Program-made: the position numbers and the translations under genes
Assembly: GCA_012295275.1 (NCBI GenBank)
Contig: CM022677.1
Coordinates: forward strand, 27,714,001 to 27,778,000
Source: Chrysomallon squamiferum
Taxonomy: Eukaryota; Animalia; Mollusca
DNA: 64,000 nucleotides
Direction of reading: 5' to 3'
Notes under the pieces: generated by a model
What the model saw: the letters and a program-made list of their open reading frames with translations, nothing else
Databases searched by the model: none
Told to the model about the DNA's origin: nothing
Shown here: piece after piece, positions 28,209-41,142 of the stretch
Layout: every line of letters begins with the position of its first letter
Position numbering within the stretch: position 1 is the first letter of the stretch

Positions 28209-28400
28209 TACAATACTTAATAATTTTCCGGCATTAATAGTTTTATCTAAATCATCCCAGTTACAGCGATTTAAGTCGCCCCAGTCAGGAATTACTTCAA
28301 CGATGTTTATGGCTGTCGACGTAGTCGTGTTTGTTTCTGTTCAGTAAGACGACAGTTACAACTACTTTCGTCGGGCCGAGACTGTGCAATGCAGAACTTT
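27440..28400 (-). pseudogene. Decayed viral ORF of unknown function (second structural protein or VP extension)
   Basis: Protein-like fragments INIVEVIPDWGDLNRCNWDDLDKTINAGKLLSIVP / IPYDYRSFPEIDMND / NEWNYSRTPLPFNGFQ / QFDPVGVLFTTFETGYFEDFSQFDGMIEFADKMKEG*YFVLTKRVNHRVEMKTFDVYGPDIG; interrupted by an A-run at 28178-28205. Confidence 0.5.
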
Positions 28401-29550
28401 TAAAAACCTTGCAGGTTGTTGTCCGGCTTGTTGATGAGCTCTGTCAGCAGCTCCCTGTTCAGTTTCGTGAATACGTAATACTTGACGTTTTTGGGATCTA
28501 AATTTACGATTCTTTTTAATAATGGAAATTTAACGTGACCAGCGGTAGTACGATCTTCTGGAGTTTGATAGAAGTCTGATATCTTAAATGACATCTAACA
28601 TGTTTAACGAACTCAACATTTCGAATAACACCTAATGAACATACATGCAGATTGTTTAATCGGACCAGCTAAACCGTGAAACTGAGCTAAACGTAATAGA
28701 AATCTCAGAGGTTCGGCGCTTTTTTCGTTAACATCGGAATTCCAGAAAGCTTCTGTTCCGCCAAATGGTTTCGCATTGTATAATTGGTTTAAACTTGCGA
28801 AATTAGAGCAACAGTGTAAATTTAAATCTAAATTATAATTAGATTATACAATCCCAATGAAAAATTAAAATATCGATTCATCCATCATTCTGATATTACC
28901 ATTTAACGAACTACATACACCTTGTTTTTGGATATTGTATTAACATCAAATCATGCACTTTGTTCATTAAAATAAGCTGATAATTTTAATACAACTGTTG
29001 GTAATGTATCTTCGGATTCATTCTTAGCCCATTAATCTTGAAAATTATTACTAACACTTAAGCGTGCGTTTTGATGATCATGTTGCATGACTACGAAATC
29101 AGACCATTCATGTTCATAACCAACGGTAAATAATATTTTCGGTTCTCTAGCGAATTTGCAACGATCAGTTAATATACGTTGAACAGCTTGTACTTACTTG
29201 TTCAACGGCCATAGTAACATCGACAATTTCAAATCCTACTTCTATTAAACGGAACGATGACGTATTTATCACAGCGTCTTGCCATTCCTTGTGAGTGACT
29301 CAAGCCACAATATATTAGTATGGTATACATTGCTATCCTTCGTCTACAGTTTGTTTTTATTCGGGTTATAACACGCATAAGAAATGTTATCAACGACATG
29401 CCGTTGCCAAACACGAGATAACGATTGCGAAAATACATGTTTATGATCACCAACGTTAAAAATCACCATGTGGTAAATCTCTTTCACAAGCAACACTAGA
29501 ATTTGCGTTACTTCCATCAGCAGAGCTAGAATTATTACGAATATCATATA
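28400..29550 (-). pseudogene. VP: Parvovirus-like capsid (VP) gene remnant, about 330-380 aa, no PLA2 motif seen
   Basis: Manual translation across frameshifts and stops: Ser/Asn/Gly-rich N-terminus (NNSSSADGSNANSS), SLSRVWQRHVVDN, HKEWQDAVINTSSFRLIEVGFEIVDV (resembles the alphaA-betaD 'EWQ...GF.I' segment, 29216-29293), FAREPKILFTVG, LPTVVLKL, PLRFLLRLAQFHGLAGPIKQSACMFIRCYSK (C-terminal strands, ~28620-28712). Identified by motif pattern only; 3' end uncertain. Confidence 0.6.
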
Positions 29551-29570
29551 TATTAAATAATAAACTACTC

Positions 29571-29650
29571 ACCGAGCGTAGTTTGCACTGCAAGAGCTTA
29601 CACTGAAGTGACGACTGATTCTCTCTCTGTGTGTGTCCACTTTCATACAT
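29571..29650 (-). promoter_or_regulatory. Putative viral core promoter and short leader exon
   Basis: TATA-like GTATGAAAG (29640-29648), TCAGT initiator motifs at 29614-29618 and 29602-29606, donor TCG|GTGAGT at 29572. Confidence 0.5.
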
Positions 29651-29773
29651 TTGCCACTTCTGCGCCCACTTGAGTAACGGGATCGGCTGTTACGCAAGAG
29701 TTGAGATTCTCAGAGTGTGTAGGCGAGTTTGAATTGACTGGCTGTTACATTCACCCACGAATACTTCACAGTG

Positions 29774-29836
29774 TTGTGCAATACTTAGAGTAGTAGTATT
29801 ACATGAGTAGGATACGACTCCCGTATCCTCAGTTTC
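29774..29836. repeat. Right inverted repeat of the viral element with hairpin AGGATACG-ACTCC-CGTATCCT
   Basis: Inverted partner of 24129-24180; perfect 8-bp stem at 29809-29829. Confidence 0.8.
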
Positions 29837-30089
29837 GTCTACGACTTTCCGTACACTAGGATGATGAGATACAACTCAGCGTCACCCGTGTACGTAGGAT
29901 GATGACAGACGCTTCGCTTTCTTTAAGCTCTTTCTAGGAGGTTCAGGTTCGGTGGATGTATACACTGGTACGAAGGACGATGCGCGCATGAGAGGAAGTG
30001 ACGTCATAAGAGTCAAGCATATACTTCCGGTATCTGTCAGATTAAAATAGTCTGTTACCTACCGTAATTCTCTACGTAAGATTGCGCGT

Positions 30090-30141
30090 TTAGTTTGTGA
30101 ACTGTCAAAAGGTGTCTTTAATCTTACTTTCTCTGCTTGCT

Positions 30142-30183
<42 letters not shown>

Positions 30184-30446
30184 AAACAAATTTACATAAT
30201 AAGCACGAGAACACGCATACATACAAATCAGAGTTATCTCCCTTCCCATATAATAACGATGGAAACAGGGAACGTAGATGTTTTCCATAGTGACTGTACT
30301 AATGAAAGAAGACGTATTCGTCCCGTTTTCCACTAATGTAAGCTGTCTAATCGTCTTTGATTAATATGAGACAATTCTGTTTCCTCTCTCTTGCGAGAAT
30401 TACCGACAGTAATGAAGACTACTTGGTAAATATTGACAATTCTGCA

Positions 30447-30483
<37 letters not shown>

Positions 30484-32225
30484 TGTTTATATGTTTAGTT
30501 TTAGCCAAAAAAAAAAAAAAAAAAAGTTGGATTATTCATATTTATTATTTTGGTGTTAGGAAGTTTTGATGTTGTTGTTTTTACCATTGTCAGTATAATA
30601 ACTACTATTGTTACAGTTATATTTGTGGTTTATCTCTGTCGTTATCCTTGTCGTTGTCTTGTTGTTGTTGCTCTCGTTGTTGTCGTCGTTGTTGTTATTG
30701 CTATTCTTCTTCTTTCTACTTCTGCTTGTCATTGTCTCTCTCTGAGTGTGTGTATGTTTGTGTGTGTGTGTGTATGGGTGTGTGATTTCTTAGAATCAAC
30801 GTCTTAATATATATATATATATTTGTTAATCAATAGCAGGCTGTTCAAGTTATCTAGAAAGAAAAACAAAACAACGGACGGTTTAATTCAAGAAATGTCG
30901 AATGCAGATGAAGAATCTTGCAAAAAAAACCAACGAGTGTTCCAGACTCCCTGCCTGTCAAGTTGTAACGTACGACTCCGGATGAAAATGGTGTCTGCTG
31001 TCTTCTTCACCTGTTCTTACGTAACACGGCATCTTTGGTAGAATCAGTGACAGAGTTGTGATAGTGAAAGGTACGTCTGTCTATAAGTGTGTGTGTGTGT
31101 GTATGTGTGTGTGTGTCTGTGTGTGTGTGTCTGTGTGTGTGTGTGTGTTTATGTGTGTGTGTGTGTGTGTGTCTCTGTGTGTGTGTGTTTGTGTGTGTTT
31201 AGGAATATATAATCTGCTATCTTACGTACGTCTGATTAGACTCTGCACACAGACAACATTAGGAAACGAAATGTGTTGATGAAACGTGTGAAAATCCCGA
31301 AAGCTCACGAAAGAAAGAAATGACGTGATGTTTGCAAGATACTGTCCCAGTAGCAAGTGACGTTCATTCTGCCACGGCAAACATTTAAGAGATGTTCAAT
31401 AACGATGACTGATCCCTCCCTCCCCCCCACACACTCTCTGCGACACTCTCCCCCCCCCGGTCCACCGATCTCCAAACAAGGAGGCAGTCGTTGTGGTAAG
31501 AACTCTCCACTCCCCCCACAATCCGAACATCAGCATTTTTCAAACAGAAATTCGTTACGTATCATGACACACCATGCCAGTGCTGTAATATCAGTATCCA
31601 GTTACAGCTGAGCAAGTTTACAGTTCTTCAGCTGACAGACTTTACGTCACTGTTAACTTTGTGAACTGGTTTGTACAGCCCGTGTCTCTCATCCTATCAA
31701 TACCAGTGAAATGACGACTGCTGTGATGCTTCTGAATTAAGTGAAGTTTTGATCTAATAATACTCTACTCTCTGATCGTTTTATTATTTTAAGTCTTGTA
31801 ATTATGCTTTTTTTTTAAAACATGGTATGAATAAACAGTTATATATATTGTTTTTTTTATTATAATTATTATTATCATTGTTGTTGTTATTATTATATTT
31901 TTTTAAAATTATTTTCTTCATGCTCTTGTTCTTCTTCTTATTGTTATTTATTTATTTATTTATTTATTTCGTTAGTTCAGTCATTCTGCAAAAGACTGAC
32001 TGGTAAAGTAATTCCAGTGTATTTTATTTTTTTGTTCGTAAAAGTATAAGCGCAAAAAATCCTTTCAGGCTGAGCGCATTTTGAAAACTGGATAATGTTT
32101 ATTTATTTATTTATTTACTATGTTAAGTATTAATTTAATCAAACTAACACTACTACTACTGCTATGACTACTACAACTACCACTGCTATTATTACTAATA
32201 CTGCTATTACTACTACTGCTATTAT

Positions 32226-32285
<60 letters not shown>

Positions 32286-32813
32286 CACTACTCTACTGCT
32301 ACTGCTACTACTCTACAACAACAACAACTACTACTGCTACCACTACTACTACTACCACTACACGTACTAAACTTTCGTACAGAATGCTTGTGGAGGAAGA
32401 CAACGTAGTGGAAAACGTGCGGAGTTCTCACCTGCAACTTTGAGGAAAACCTTTCTCTTGGTCGGGGGTGGGGGGATTGCTCCAGCGAAGTCTGTAACAG
32501 GTCTGCGATTCTGTAACGTTTGTAGATTTGATAAACTCTTTTGTTATGTTGAGACAGGTGACTAAGTCTCACGATTAATTTATTATGTACGTGCGTTTAA
32601 ACGCATTTCTTCATACACGTATATACACAAAGACAATAACACGTGACATATCGCTCAGATATATGTGTGCGTGCGTGTGCGTGTGTATGTGTGCGTGCGT
32701 GTGTGATATTCTGTGCATGTTAAAATATTAGTTTACTCAAACAGTTTATTTATTCTACTTCAGGTGATCAAACAGAAGCGATTAATAATCACTTTTTTCC
32801 TGCTAAAAAGTAA
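30090..32813 (+). pseudogene. Decayed partial tandem duplicate of the PAN/ZP gene
   Basis: 30090-30220 resembles 16298-16545; 30225-30410 resembles 15738-15930; PAN2 exon copy 30837-31070 has frameshifts and TGA/TAA stops; 31520-31700 resembles 21985-22165; last two exon copies 32383-32500 (NACGGRQRSGKRAEFS...) and 32764-32813. Signal-peptide, PAN1 and central ZP-C exons are absent. Confidence 0.88.
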
Positions 32814-33148
32814 ATTTAAAAAAAATGAAATTTGATAAATGGTCTTCGTATTTTGATTTACTTTTTCTTTCTAAATTTATTTTATTTTATTTTATTTTAT
32901 TTTATTTTATTTTACATCATTTCTTTTGAAATGTCATGGCAGTAGAGCAATTCTTGCGTGTTTTCCACTTTGTTATTTTCTTTCAGTTTAGTTTACGTTC
33001 AGATAGTAAAAATAGTTTAAGTATCGTTTCCTTTATGCTTTATGTTTTTGCCTAAATTTATATTTTTAAACTATAAACACTAACAGCAAAGCTTATTATT
33101 TCCTTGTCAGCAACAAATCAAAAATAAACAAATTAAAATCATGTAGAA

Positions 33149-33226
<78 letters not shown>

Positions 33227-33275
33227 CATGATGATGATGATAATAACTATAATAATAATAGTAATAATAATAGTC

Positions 33276-33321
<46 letters not shown>

Positions 33322-33569
33322 GTAACAATAATAACAATAATAATAATAAAATTTAAATGTTACTTATTCATTACATTAATAAATTAATTTTAAATGAAAT
33401 ATAAACAAGCAGTGAAACAGAAATATCAGCATTAGGAACATTAATATAGATTAGGAAATAAACAGTTTGCGATTTATAGCTGTTTGATGTTAAACAGAAA
33501 CAATATACGGACGATTTGGTTCCCAATCGATATTTCTACAATAAAGACAAATAGGAAGGTATCAGTATT

Positions 33570-33727
<158 letters not shown>

Positions 33728-33731
33728 AGAG

Positions 33732-33826
<95 letters not shown>

Positions 33827-33994
33827 GAGAGAGAGAGAGAGAGAAAGAGAATGAGAGAAGAGAGAGGAGAGAGGGAGAGAGGGGAGAGAGAGAAATAAGA
33901 GAGAGAGAGACACAGAGAGAGAGATTGAGAGAAAATGAGAGAGGGAGAGAGAGAGGGAGAGAGAGAGAGAGAGAGAGAGGGAAGAGGGAGAGAG

Positions 33995-34122
<128 letters not shown>

Positions 34123-34775
34123 GAAGGTTGGATACTAAATAATTTGACGAAGCCAGTTTGTTTAAAGACAGAAAGTAGAACTGTCTACTGGGTGATAATG
34201 AGTGAGAGACAGAAAAACTGAGACGCCAGGAGGCTGAATGTGAAAGAGTGAGAGACACAGAGACATCAAACTATGAGAAACAAGAGCAGCAGGCTCAGTC
34301 AAAGAAGGTGAGGCAAACATCAAGCCTGAAAAGAAAAAAAAATTCAGACGTTTGTTTTCGATTTAGTTTTGCACTATGAGGATAACGTCATTTAAAAATG
34401 ATGTATTTCCACAATAGAAATAATAATAATAAAAAAAAATGTTCTCTCAGATGGAATAAGTGATTTATTTTCCTAATACCGATGAGTTTTCCCTCAGAGA
34501 CAAATAAAGAAAAAAAAAAAAAAAACAACAACCAAAAACATTAACAACAAAAAAAAAAAAATAAAATAAAATAAAAATAAAAAATAAATAAAATATCTAA
34601 ACACGAGGAGATAGGACAGCCCAGCTCTTGGGAATCTGATCAGAGATTTCAGCTCCAGTGATGAGCCTCAGTTTCAGTTTTTGTTCTTCTCTCTCAGCTG
34701 GGAATTTCTCCTCGTCGAAAGAAGCGGCGTTGTGGTCGGTGCGGTTGTGATGTTGTGGTTGACGTCGCAGATGCG

Positions 34776-34866
34776 TCACCACACGGTGGCAGCAACACAT
34801 GAAGCGATGATGAGGGTGAGGCAAATCCTTCGTGCAGCTGCACTGGAGGCCTGAGGTTTCGCTGGA

Positions 34867-34946
<80 letters not shown>

Positions 34947-37900
34947 GAAAAATATAAAATAAAATAATAATAAAAATAATAGAATAATAATAATAGTAAT
35001 AACCATAAAAATACTACTACTAATAGCAATACCACTACGACTACTTTTACATCTACTACTAATAATTAAAATAATAATAATAATAACAACAACAGTAAAC
35101 AATTAAAAATAATACAATAATAATAATACAATAATAATAATAATAATAATAACTATAACAATAATAATAATAATAATAATAACAATGATAACAATAATAA
35201 TATTAACAACAACAACAACAACAATAATAATAATATAAATACTACTACAACAACTACTACTAATAATAATAATCATAATAATAATAATAATAACAATAAT
35301 AATAACAACAATAACAACAACAATAATAATAATAATAACAATAATAATAATAACAATAATAACAATAATAATAATAATAATAAGAAGAAGAAACCTTTCT
35401 TAGTTTCTGTCGATGATGACTTTTCTTCTCGACGCGGGCGTTTTCGGGGTTGATCCTTGGAACTGCCAGTCGTGATGACAGACAACAAAGTGGAAGGCGT
35501 TTCCGGTTTCTGCGTCACACTGGCTGATTCGTCTTTCGATTCGTCTTTCTTTCCTTCCTTTTCAGCGGTCTTTACTTCTTTCGTTTTCTTTTCTTCCTTT
35601 CCAGCGATCTTGCCTTCTTTCGTTTTCGATTTGTCTTTCGATTTGTCTTTCGATTCTTCCTTTCCAGCGGTCTTTTCTTCTTTCGTTTCTGATTTGTCTT
35701 TCGATTCTTCCTTTCCAGCGGTCTTTTCTTCTTTCGGTTCTGGTTTGTCTTTCGATTCTTCCTTTCCAGCGGTCTTTTCTTCTTTCGTTTCTGATTTGTC
35801 TTTCGATTCTTCCTTTCCAGCGGTCTTTTCTTCTTTCAGTTCTGGTTTGTCTTTCGATTCTTCCTTTCCAGCGGTCTTTTCTTCTTTCGTTTCTGATTTG
35901 TCTTTGGATTCTTCCTTTCCAGCGGTCTTTTCTTCTTTCGTTTCTGATTTGTCTTTCGATTCTTCCTTCTTAGCGGTCTTTTCTTCTTTCGTTTCTGATT
36001 TGTCTTTTGACTCTTCTTTCGTAGCTTTCCGTTTCTCTTTCGTTTCTGATTTGTGTTTCTTTTCTTCTTTCGTTTCTGATTTGTGTTTCGATTTTACCTT
36101 TTCAGCAGTCTTTTCTTCTTTCGTTTCTGATTTGTGTTTCGATTTTACCTTTTCAGCAGTCTTTTCTTCTTTCGTTTCTGATTTGTGTTTCTTTTCTTCT
36201 TTCGTTTCTGATTTGTGTTTCGATTTTACCTTTTCAGCAGTCTTTTCTTCTTTCGTTTCTGATTTGTGTTTCGATTTTACCTTTTCAGCAGTCTTTTCTT
36301 CTTTCGTTTCTGATTTGTGTTTGGATTTTTCCTTTTCAGCAGTCTTTTCTTCTTTCGTTTCTGATTTGTGTTTCGATTTTTCCTTTTCAACAGTCTTTTC
36401 TTCTTTCGTTTCTGATTTGTGTTTCGATTTTTCCTTTTCAGCGGTCTTTTCTTCTTTCGTTTCTGATTTGTGTTTCGATTTTTCCTTTTCAGCGGTCTGT
36501 CCTTCTTTCGTTTCTGATTTGTGTTTCGATTTTTCCTTTTCAGCGGTCTGTCCTTCTTTCGTTTCTGATTTGTGTTTCGATTCTTCCTTTTCAGCGGTCT
36601 GTCCTTCTTTCGTTTCTGATTTGTGTTTCGATTCTTCCTTTTCAACAGTCTTTTCTTCTTTCGTTTCTGATTTGTGTTTCGATTTTTCCTTTTCAGTGGT
36701 CTTTTCTTCTTTCGTTTCTGATTTGTGTTTCTTTTCTTCTTTCGTTTCTGATTTGTGTTTCTTTTCTGCTTTCGTTTCTGATTTGTGTTTCGATTTTTCC
36801 ATTTCAGCGGTCTTTTCTTCTTTCCTTTCTGATTTGTGTTTCCTTTCCTGTTTCGTTTCTGATTTGTGTTTCTTTTCTTCTTTCGTTTCTGATTTGTGTT
36901 TCTTATCTGCTTTCGTTTCTGATTTGTGTTTCGATTTTTCCATTTCAGCGGTATTTTCTTCTTTCGTTTCTGATTTGTGTTTCCTTTCCTGTTTCGTTTC
37001 TGATTTATGTTTCCTTTCTTGTTTCGTTTCTGATTTGTGTTTCTTTCCTTCTTTCGTTTCTGATTCGTGTTTCTTCTCTTCTTTCGTTTGTGATTTGTGT
37101 TTTTTTTCTTCTTTCGTTTCTGATTTGTGTTTTGACTCTTCTTTCGAAGCTTTCCGTTTCTCTTTCGTTTCTGATTTGTGTTTCTTTTCTTCTTTCGTTT
37201 CTGATTCGTGTTTCTTTTCTGCTTTCGTTTCTGATTTGTGTTTCGATTTTTCCATTTCAGCGGTCTTTTCTTGTTTCGTTTCTGATTTGTGTTTCCTTTC
37301 TTGTTTCGTTTCTGATTTGTGTTTCCTTTCTTGTTTCGTTTCTGATTTGTGTTTCTTTCCTTCTTTCGTTTCTGATTTGTGTTTCTTTTCTTCTTTCGTT
37401 TCTGATTTGTGTTTCCTTTCTGCTTTCGTTTCTGATTTGTGTTTCGATTTTTCCATTTCAGCGGTCTTTTCTTGTTTCGTTTCTGATTTGTGTTTCCTTT
37501 CTTGTTTCGTTTCTGATTTGTGTTTCCTTTCTTGTTTCGTTTCTGATTTGTGTTTCTTTCCTTCTTTCGTTTCTGATTTGTGTTTCTTTTCTTCTTTCGT
37601 TTCTGATTTGTGTTTCTTTTCTGCTTTCGTTTCTGATTTGTGTTTCGATTCTTCCATTTCAGCGGTATTTTCTTGTTTCGTTTCTGATTTGTGTTTCTTT
37701 TCTTGTTTCGTTTCTGATTTGTGTTTCTTTTCTTGTTTCGTTTCTGATTTGTGTTTTCTTTCTTGTTTCGTTTCTGATTTGTGTTTCCTTTCTTTTTTCG
37801 TTTCTGATTTGTGTTTCTTTCCTTCTTTCGTTTCTGATTTGTGTTTCTTTTCTTCTTTCGTTTCTGATTTGTGTTTCTTTTCTTCTTTCGTTTGTGATTT

Positions 37901-39769
37901 GTGTTTCTTTTCTTCTTTCGTTTCTGATTTGTCTTTTGACTCTTCTTTCGAAGCTTTCCGTTTCTCTTTCGTTTCTGATTTGTGTTTCTTTTCTTCTTTC
38001 GTTTCTGATTTGTGTTTCGATTTTTCCTTTTCAGCGGTCTTTTCTTCTTTCGTTTCTGATTTGTGTTTCGATTTTTCCTTTTCAACAGTCTTTTCTTCTT
38101 TCGTTTCTGATTTGTGTTTCGATTTTTCCTTTTCAGCGTTCTTTTCTTCTTTCGTTTCTGATTTGTGTTTCGATTCTTCCTTTTCAGCGGTCTGTCCTTC
38201 TTTCGTTTCTGATTTGTGTTTCGATTTTTCCTTTTCAACAGTCTTTTCTTCTTTCGTTTCTGATTTGTGTTTCGATTTTTCCTTTTCAGCGGTCTTTTCT
38301 TCTTTCGTTTCTGATTTGTGTTTCGATTCTTCCTTTTCAGCGGTCTGTCCTTCTTTCGTTTCTGATTTGTGTTTCGATTTTTCCTTTTCAGCGGTTTGTC
38401 CTTCTTTCGTTTCTGATTTGTGTTTCGATTTTTCCTTTTCAACAGTCTTTTCTTCTTTCGTTTCTGATTTGTGTTTCGATTCTTCCTTTTCAGCGGTCTT
38501 TTCTTCTTTCGGTCCCGATTTGTGTTTCTTTTCTTCTTTCGTTTCTGATTTGTGTTTCGATTTTTCCTTTTCAGCGGTCTTTTCTTCTTTCGTTTCTGAT
38601 TTGTCTTTCTTTTCTTCTTTGGTTTTCGATTTGATTTTTGATTCTTCCTTTAGAGCCGACTTTTCTTTGGTTTTCGATTCTTCGTTTACAGCGATCCTTT
38701 TTTCTTTCGATTTTTCTTGTTCATCTGTATTTTCTTCTTTCGTTTCTGATTTGTCTTTCGATTTTTCCTTTTTAGCGGTCTCTTTTTGTTTCGTTTTCGA
38801 ATTGTCTTTCTTCTTTTCTTTCGATTTCGATTTGTCTTTCGACTGTTCGTTCGCAGCGGTATTTTCTTCTTTCGTTTTCGATTTGTCTTTCGATTCTTTC
38901 TTTTCAGCGGTCTTTTCTTCTTTCAGTTCTGATTTGTCTTTCGATTCTTCCTTTCCAGCGGTCTTTTCTTCTTTCGTTTCTGATTTGTTTTCGATTCTTT
39001 TTCCAGCGGTTTCTTTTCTTCTTTCGTTTTGTTTTGTCTTTCGATTCTTCCTTTCCAGCTTCTTTTCTTCTTTCGTTTTGATTTGTCTTTCGATTCTTCC
39101 TTTCCAGCGGTCTTTTCTTCTTTCAGTTTTCTGATTTGTCTTTCGATTTTTCTTTTCAGCGGTCTTTTCTTCTTTCGTTTCTGATTTGTCTTTCGATTCT
39201 TCCTTTCCAGCGGTCTTTTCTTCTTTCGTTTCTGATTTGTCTTTCGATTCTTCCTTTCCAGCGGTCTTTTCTTCTTTCGTTTCTGATTTGTCTTTCGATT
39301 CTTCCTTTCCAGCGGTCTTTTCTTCTTTCAGTTCTGATTTGTCTTTCGATTTTTCCTTTCCAGCGGTCTTTTCTTCTTTCGTTTCTGATTTGTCTTTAGA
39401 TTCTTCCTTTCCAGCGGTCTTTTCTTCTTTCGTTTCTGATTTGTCTTTCGATTCTTCCTTTTCAGCGGTCTTTTCTTCTTTCGTTTCTGATTTGTCTTTC
39501 CTTCCTTCTTTCACTTCCACGTGCAAACTGCCTTTGGATCCTTCCTGTGTGGAGGAGGCAGGTGTTTTTCGTCTTTGGCCGTAGTCGTCGCAGCTGTGTT
39601 TGTTGCTTTGTTTTCTGTTTTGTCTTCAGTTGTCTTCTGTTCTACATCTGCCGCGATGGAGCCTTTCTTTGGCTCTACGGTTGGATGTTTGGATGGGAGA
39701 CTTTTTTGTGTTTGTGATACATCTTTTGTTGTTTGCAGAGCTCTAGCTTCTGTAATGATGATGATGATG

Positions 39770-39845
<76 letters not shown>

Positions 39846-41142
39846 TAATAATAGTTTTAACAGATGACTATTATTTTGCGAACGTTACTGACATAAGTCC
39901 AGTCTGTTTTCTCTCGGAAAAAATTTATTTAATTATTATATCTATTAAATACTTTAACAACGTTAAGAAAATTAAACACGTGATTCTATTAATTAATTAT
40001 TAATTAGATAGCTAATTAAACCATTATTTAATTTTTTAATTTTTTTTTTCTTCTCTAAAGCTAATATATATAAAAATTCAGATACATATTATTTTTTCCT
40101 TCATTTTTCTTTTGAATTTCACTTTCTCAGTTAAACTATCACTACGTTAGATTTTTTTTTACTGGTGTTATAAGCGATATCCACTGTTATTTAAAAACAA
40201 CCGCAACAACAATAATAATAATAATAAAACGAACAATCAAAACGCAAAACGTTAGATGTGTATCAACGAATCACATCTGTTTGTCCAATCAGACACCTCC
40301 CGTTTGTCTGTCCATTTGTACGTACCATCTGTTTGTCCGTCCACGCACACATTCGTCCTCTTGTTTTCAATCAATTAATATTTCGCTGATACAGTATATA
40401 GCTAAGTACGTGAATATATATATAACGAAAGAAATAAACAAATACACCAGAAAGAATAACAGGGGAAAAGAATAACAAAAAAAAAATAATAACGGTTAAA
40501 TAAAGAATTGTTAACTTGAAACAGACGATGTTAAGAATGAACGAGTGAATAAATAAGTAATTAGAAACAAGAAATAAATAAAGAGAAGACAGAAAGAATG
40601 AGAAATAAAATAAATGAGTTAACGAGTGAATAAAAAATGAATGAATGAATGAATATAAAATAAATATAAATATAATCAAAAAAATAAATATCGAAAGAAA
40701 GAGAAATAAAATGAGAATGAAATGAAGTAAATACACATACATACATACGTACGTACGTACATACATACATACATACAAACATACATACATACATAAATAA
40801 ATAAAACAAGAAAGAAATGAAATAATAAATAAATAAATAAATCAATCAATCAATCAAATAAGAAAGAAAAGAAATAAAAAAAACAAATAAATAAACAAAC
40901 AAACAAACAAAAACAAATAAACAAAACATGATTTAAAAATTAAAACGAAATAAAAAACTTACTAACTAAATAAGTAAGTAACGAAAGAACAGACTAGCAG
41001 CATTAGAAAGAAAGAAACAAATGACGACAACCAAACGAAGAAATAAATAAATAAATAAACTGAAATCATCACCTGAAAACTGTGCATTCTGAAGCACGAA
41101 GGAGACAAGGAGCAGAACTCTGGCAAGTGACAGGACGGACAT
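34776..41142 (-). CDS. Secreted, probably GPI-anchored Lys/Glu/His-rich tandem-repeat protein (~1500 aa, 3 coding exons)
   Basis: Exon 41073-41142 MSVLSLARVLLLVSFVLQNAQFS (signal peptide, phase 1); exon 35395-39749 (ACAG acceptor, AAG|GT donor) with 17-aa KEESKDKSETKEEKTAG and 10-aa KHKSETKEEK repeats; exon 34776-34861 AKPQASSAAARRICLTLIIASCVAATVW* (small residues then hydrophobic tail). Needs one extra A in the A5 run at 39565-39569 to be continuous. Confidence 0.8.
35620..39500. repeat. Coding tandem array of 51-bp and 30-bp units
   Basis: TTTCGTTTCTGATTTGTG/TC core repeated throughout. Confidence 0.95.

Noticed and set aside
24582-29650. Bidnavirus, Polinton or Helitron interpretation of the element
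   Set aside because: No pPolB, integrase or PIF1 motifs seen, and an HUH remnant precedes an SF3 helicase as in parvoviral NS1.
35457-39134. 1225-aa plus-strand ORF (FSSFVSDLCF repeats) and the alternative-frame 721-aa and 514-aa ORFs
   Set aside because: Antisense or shifted readings of a stop-free tandem repeat; only the minus KSETKEEK frame connects to signal-peptide and tail exons.
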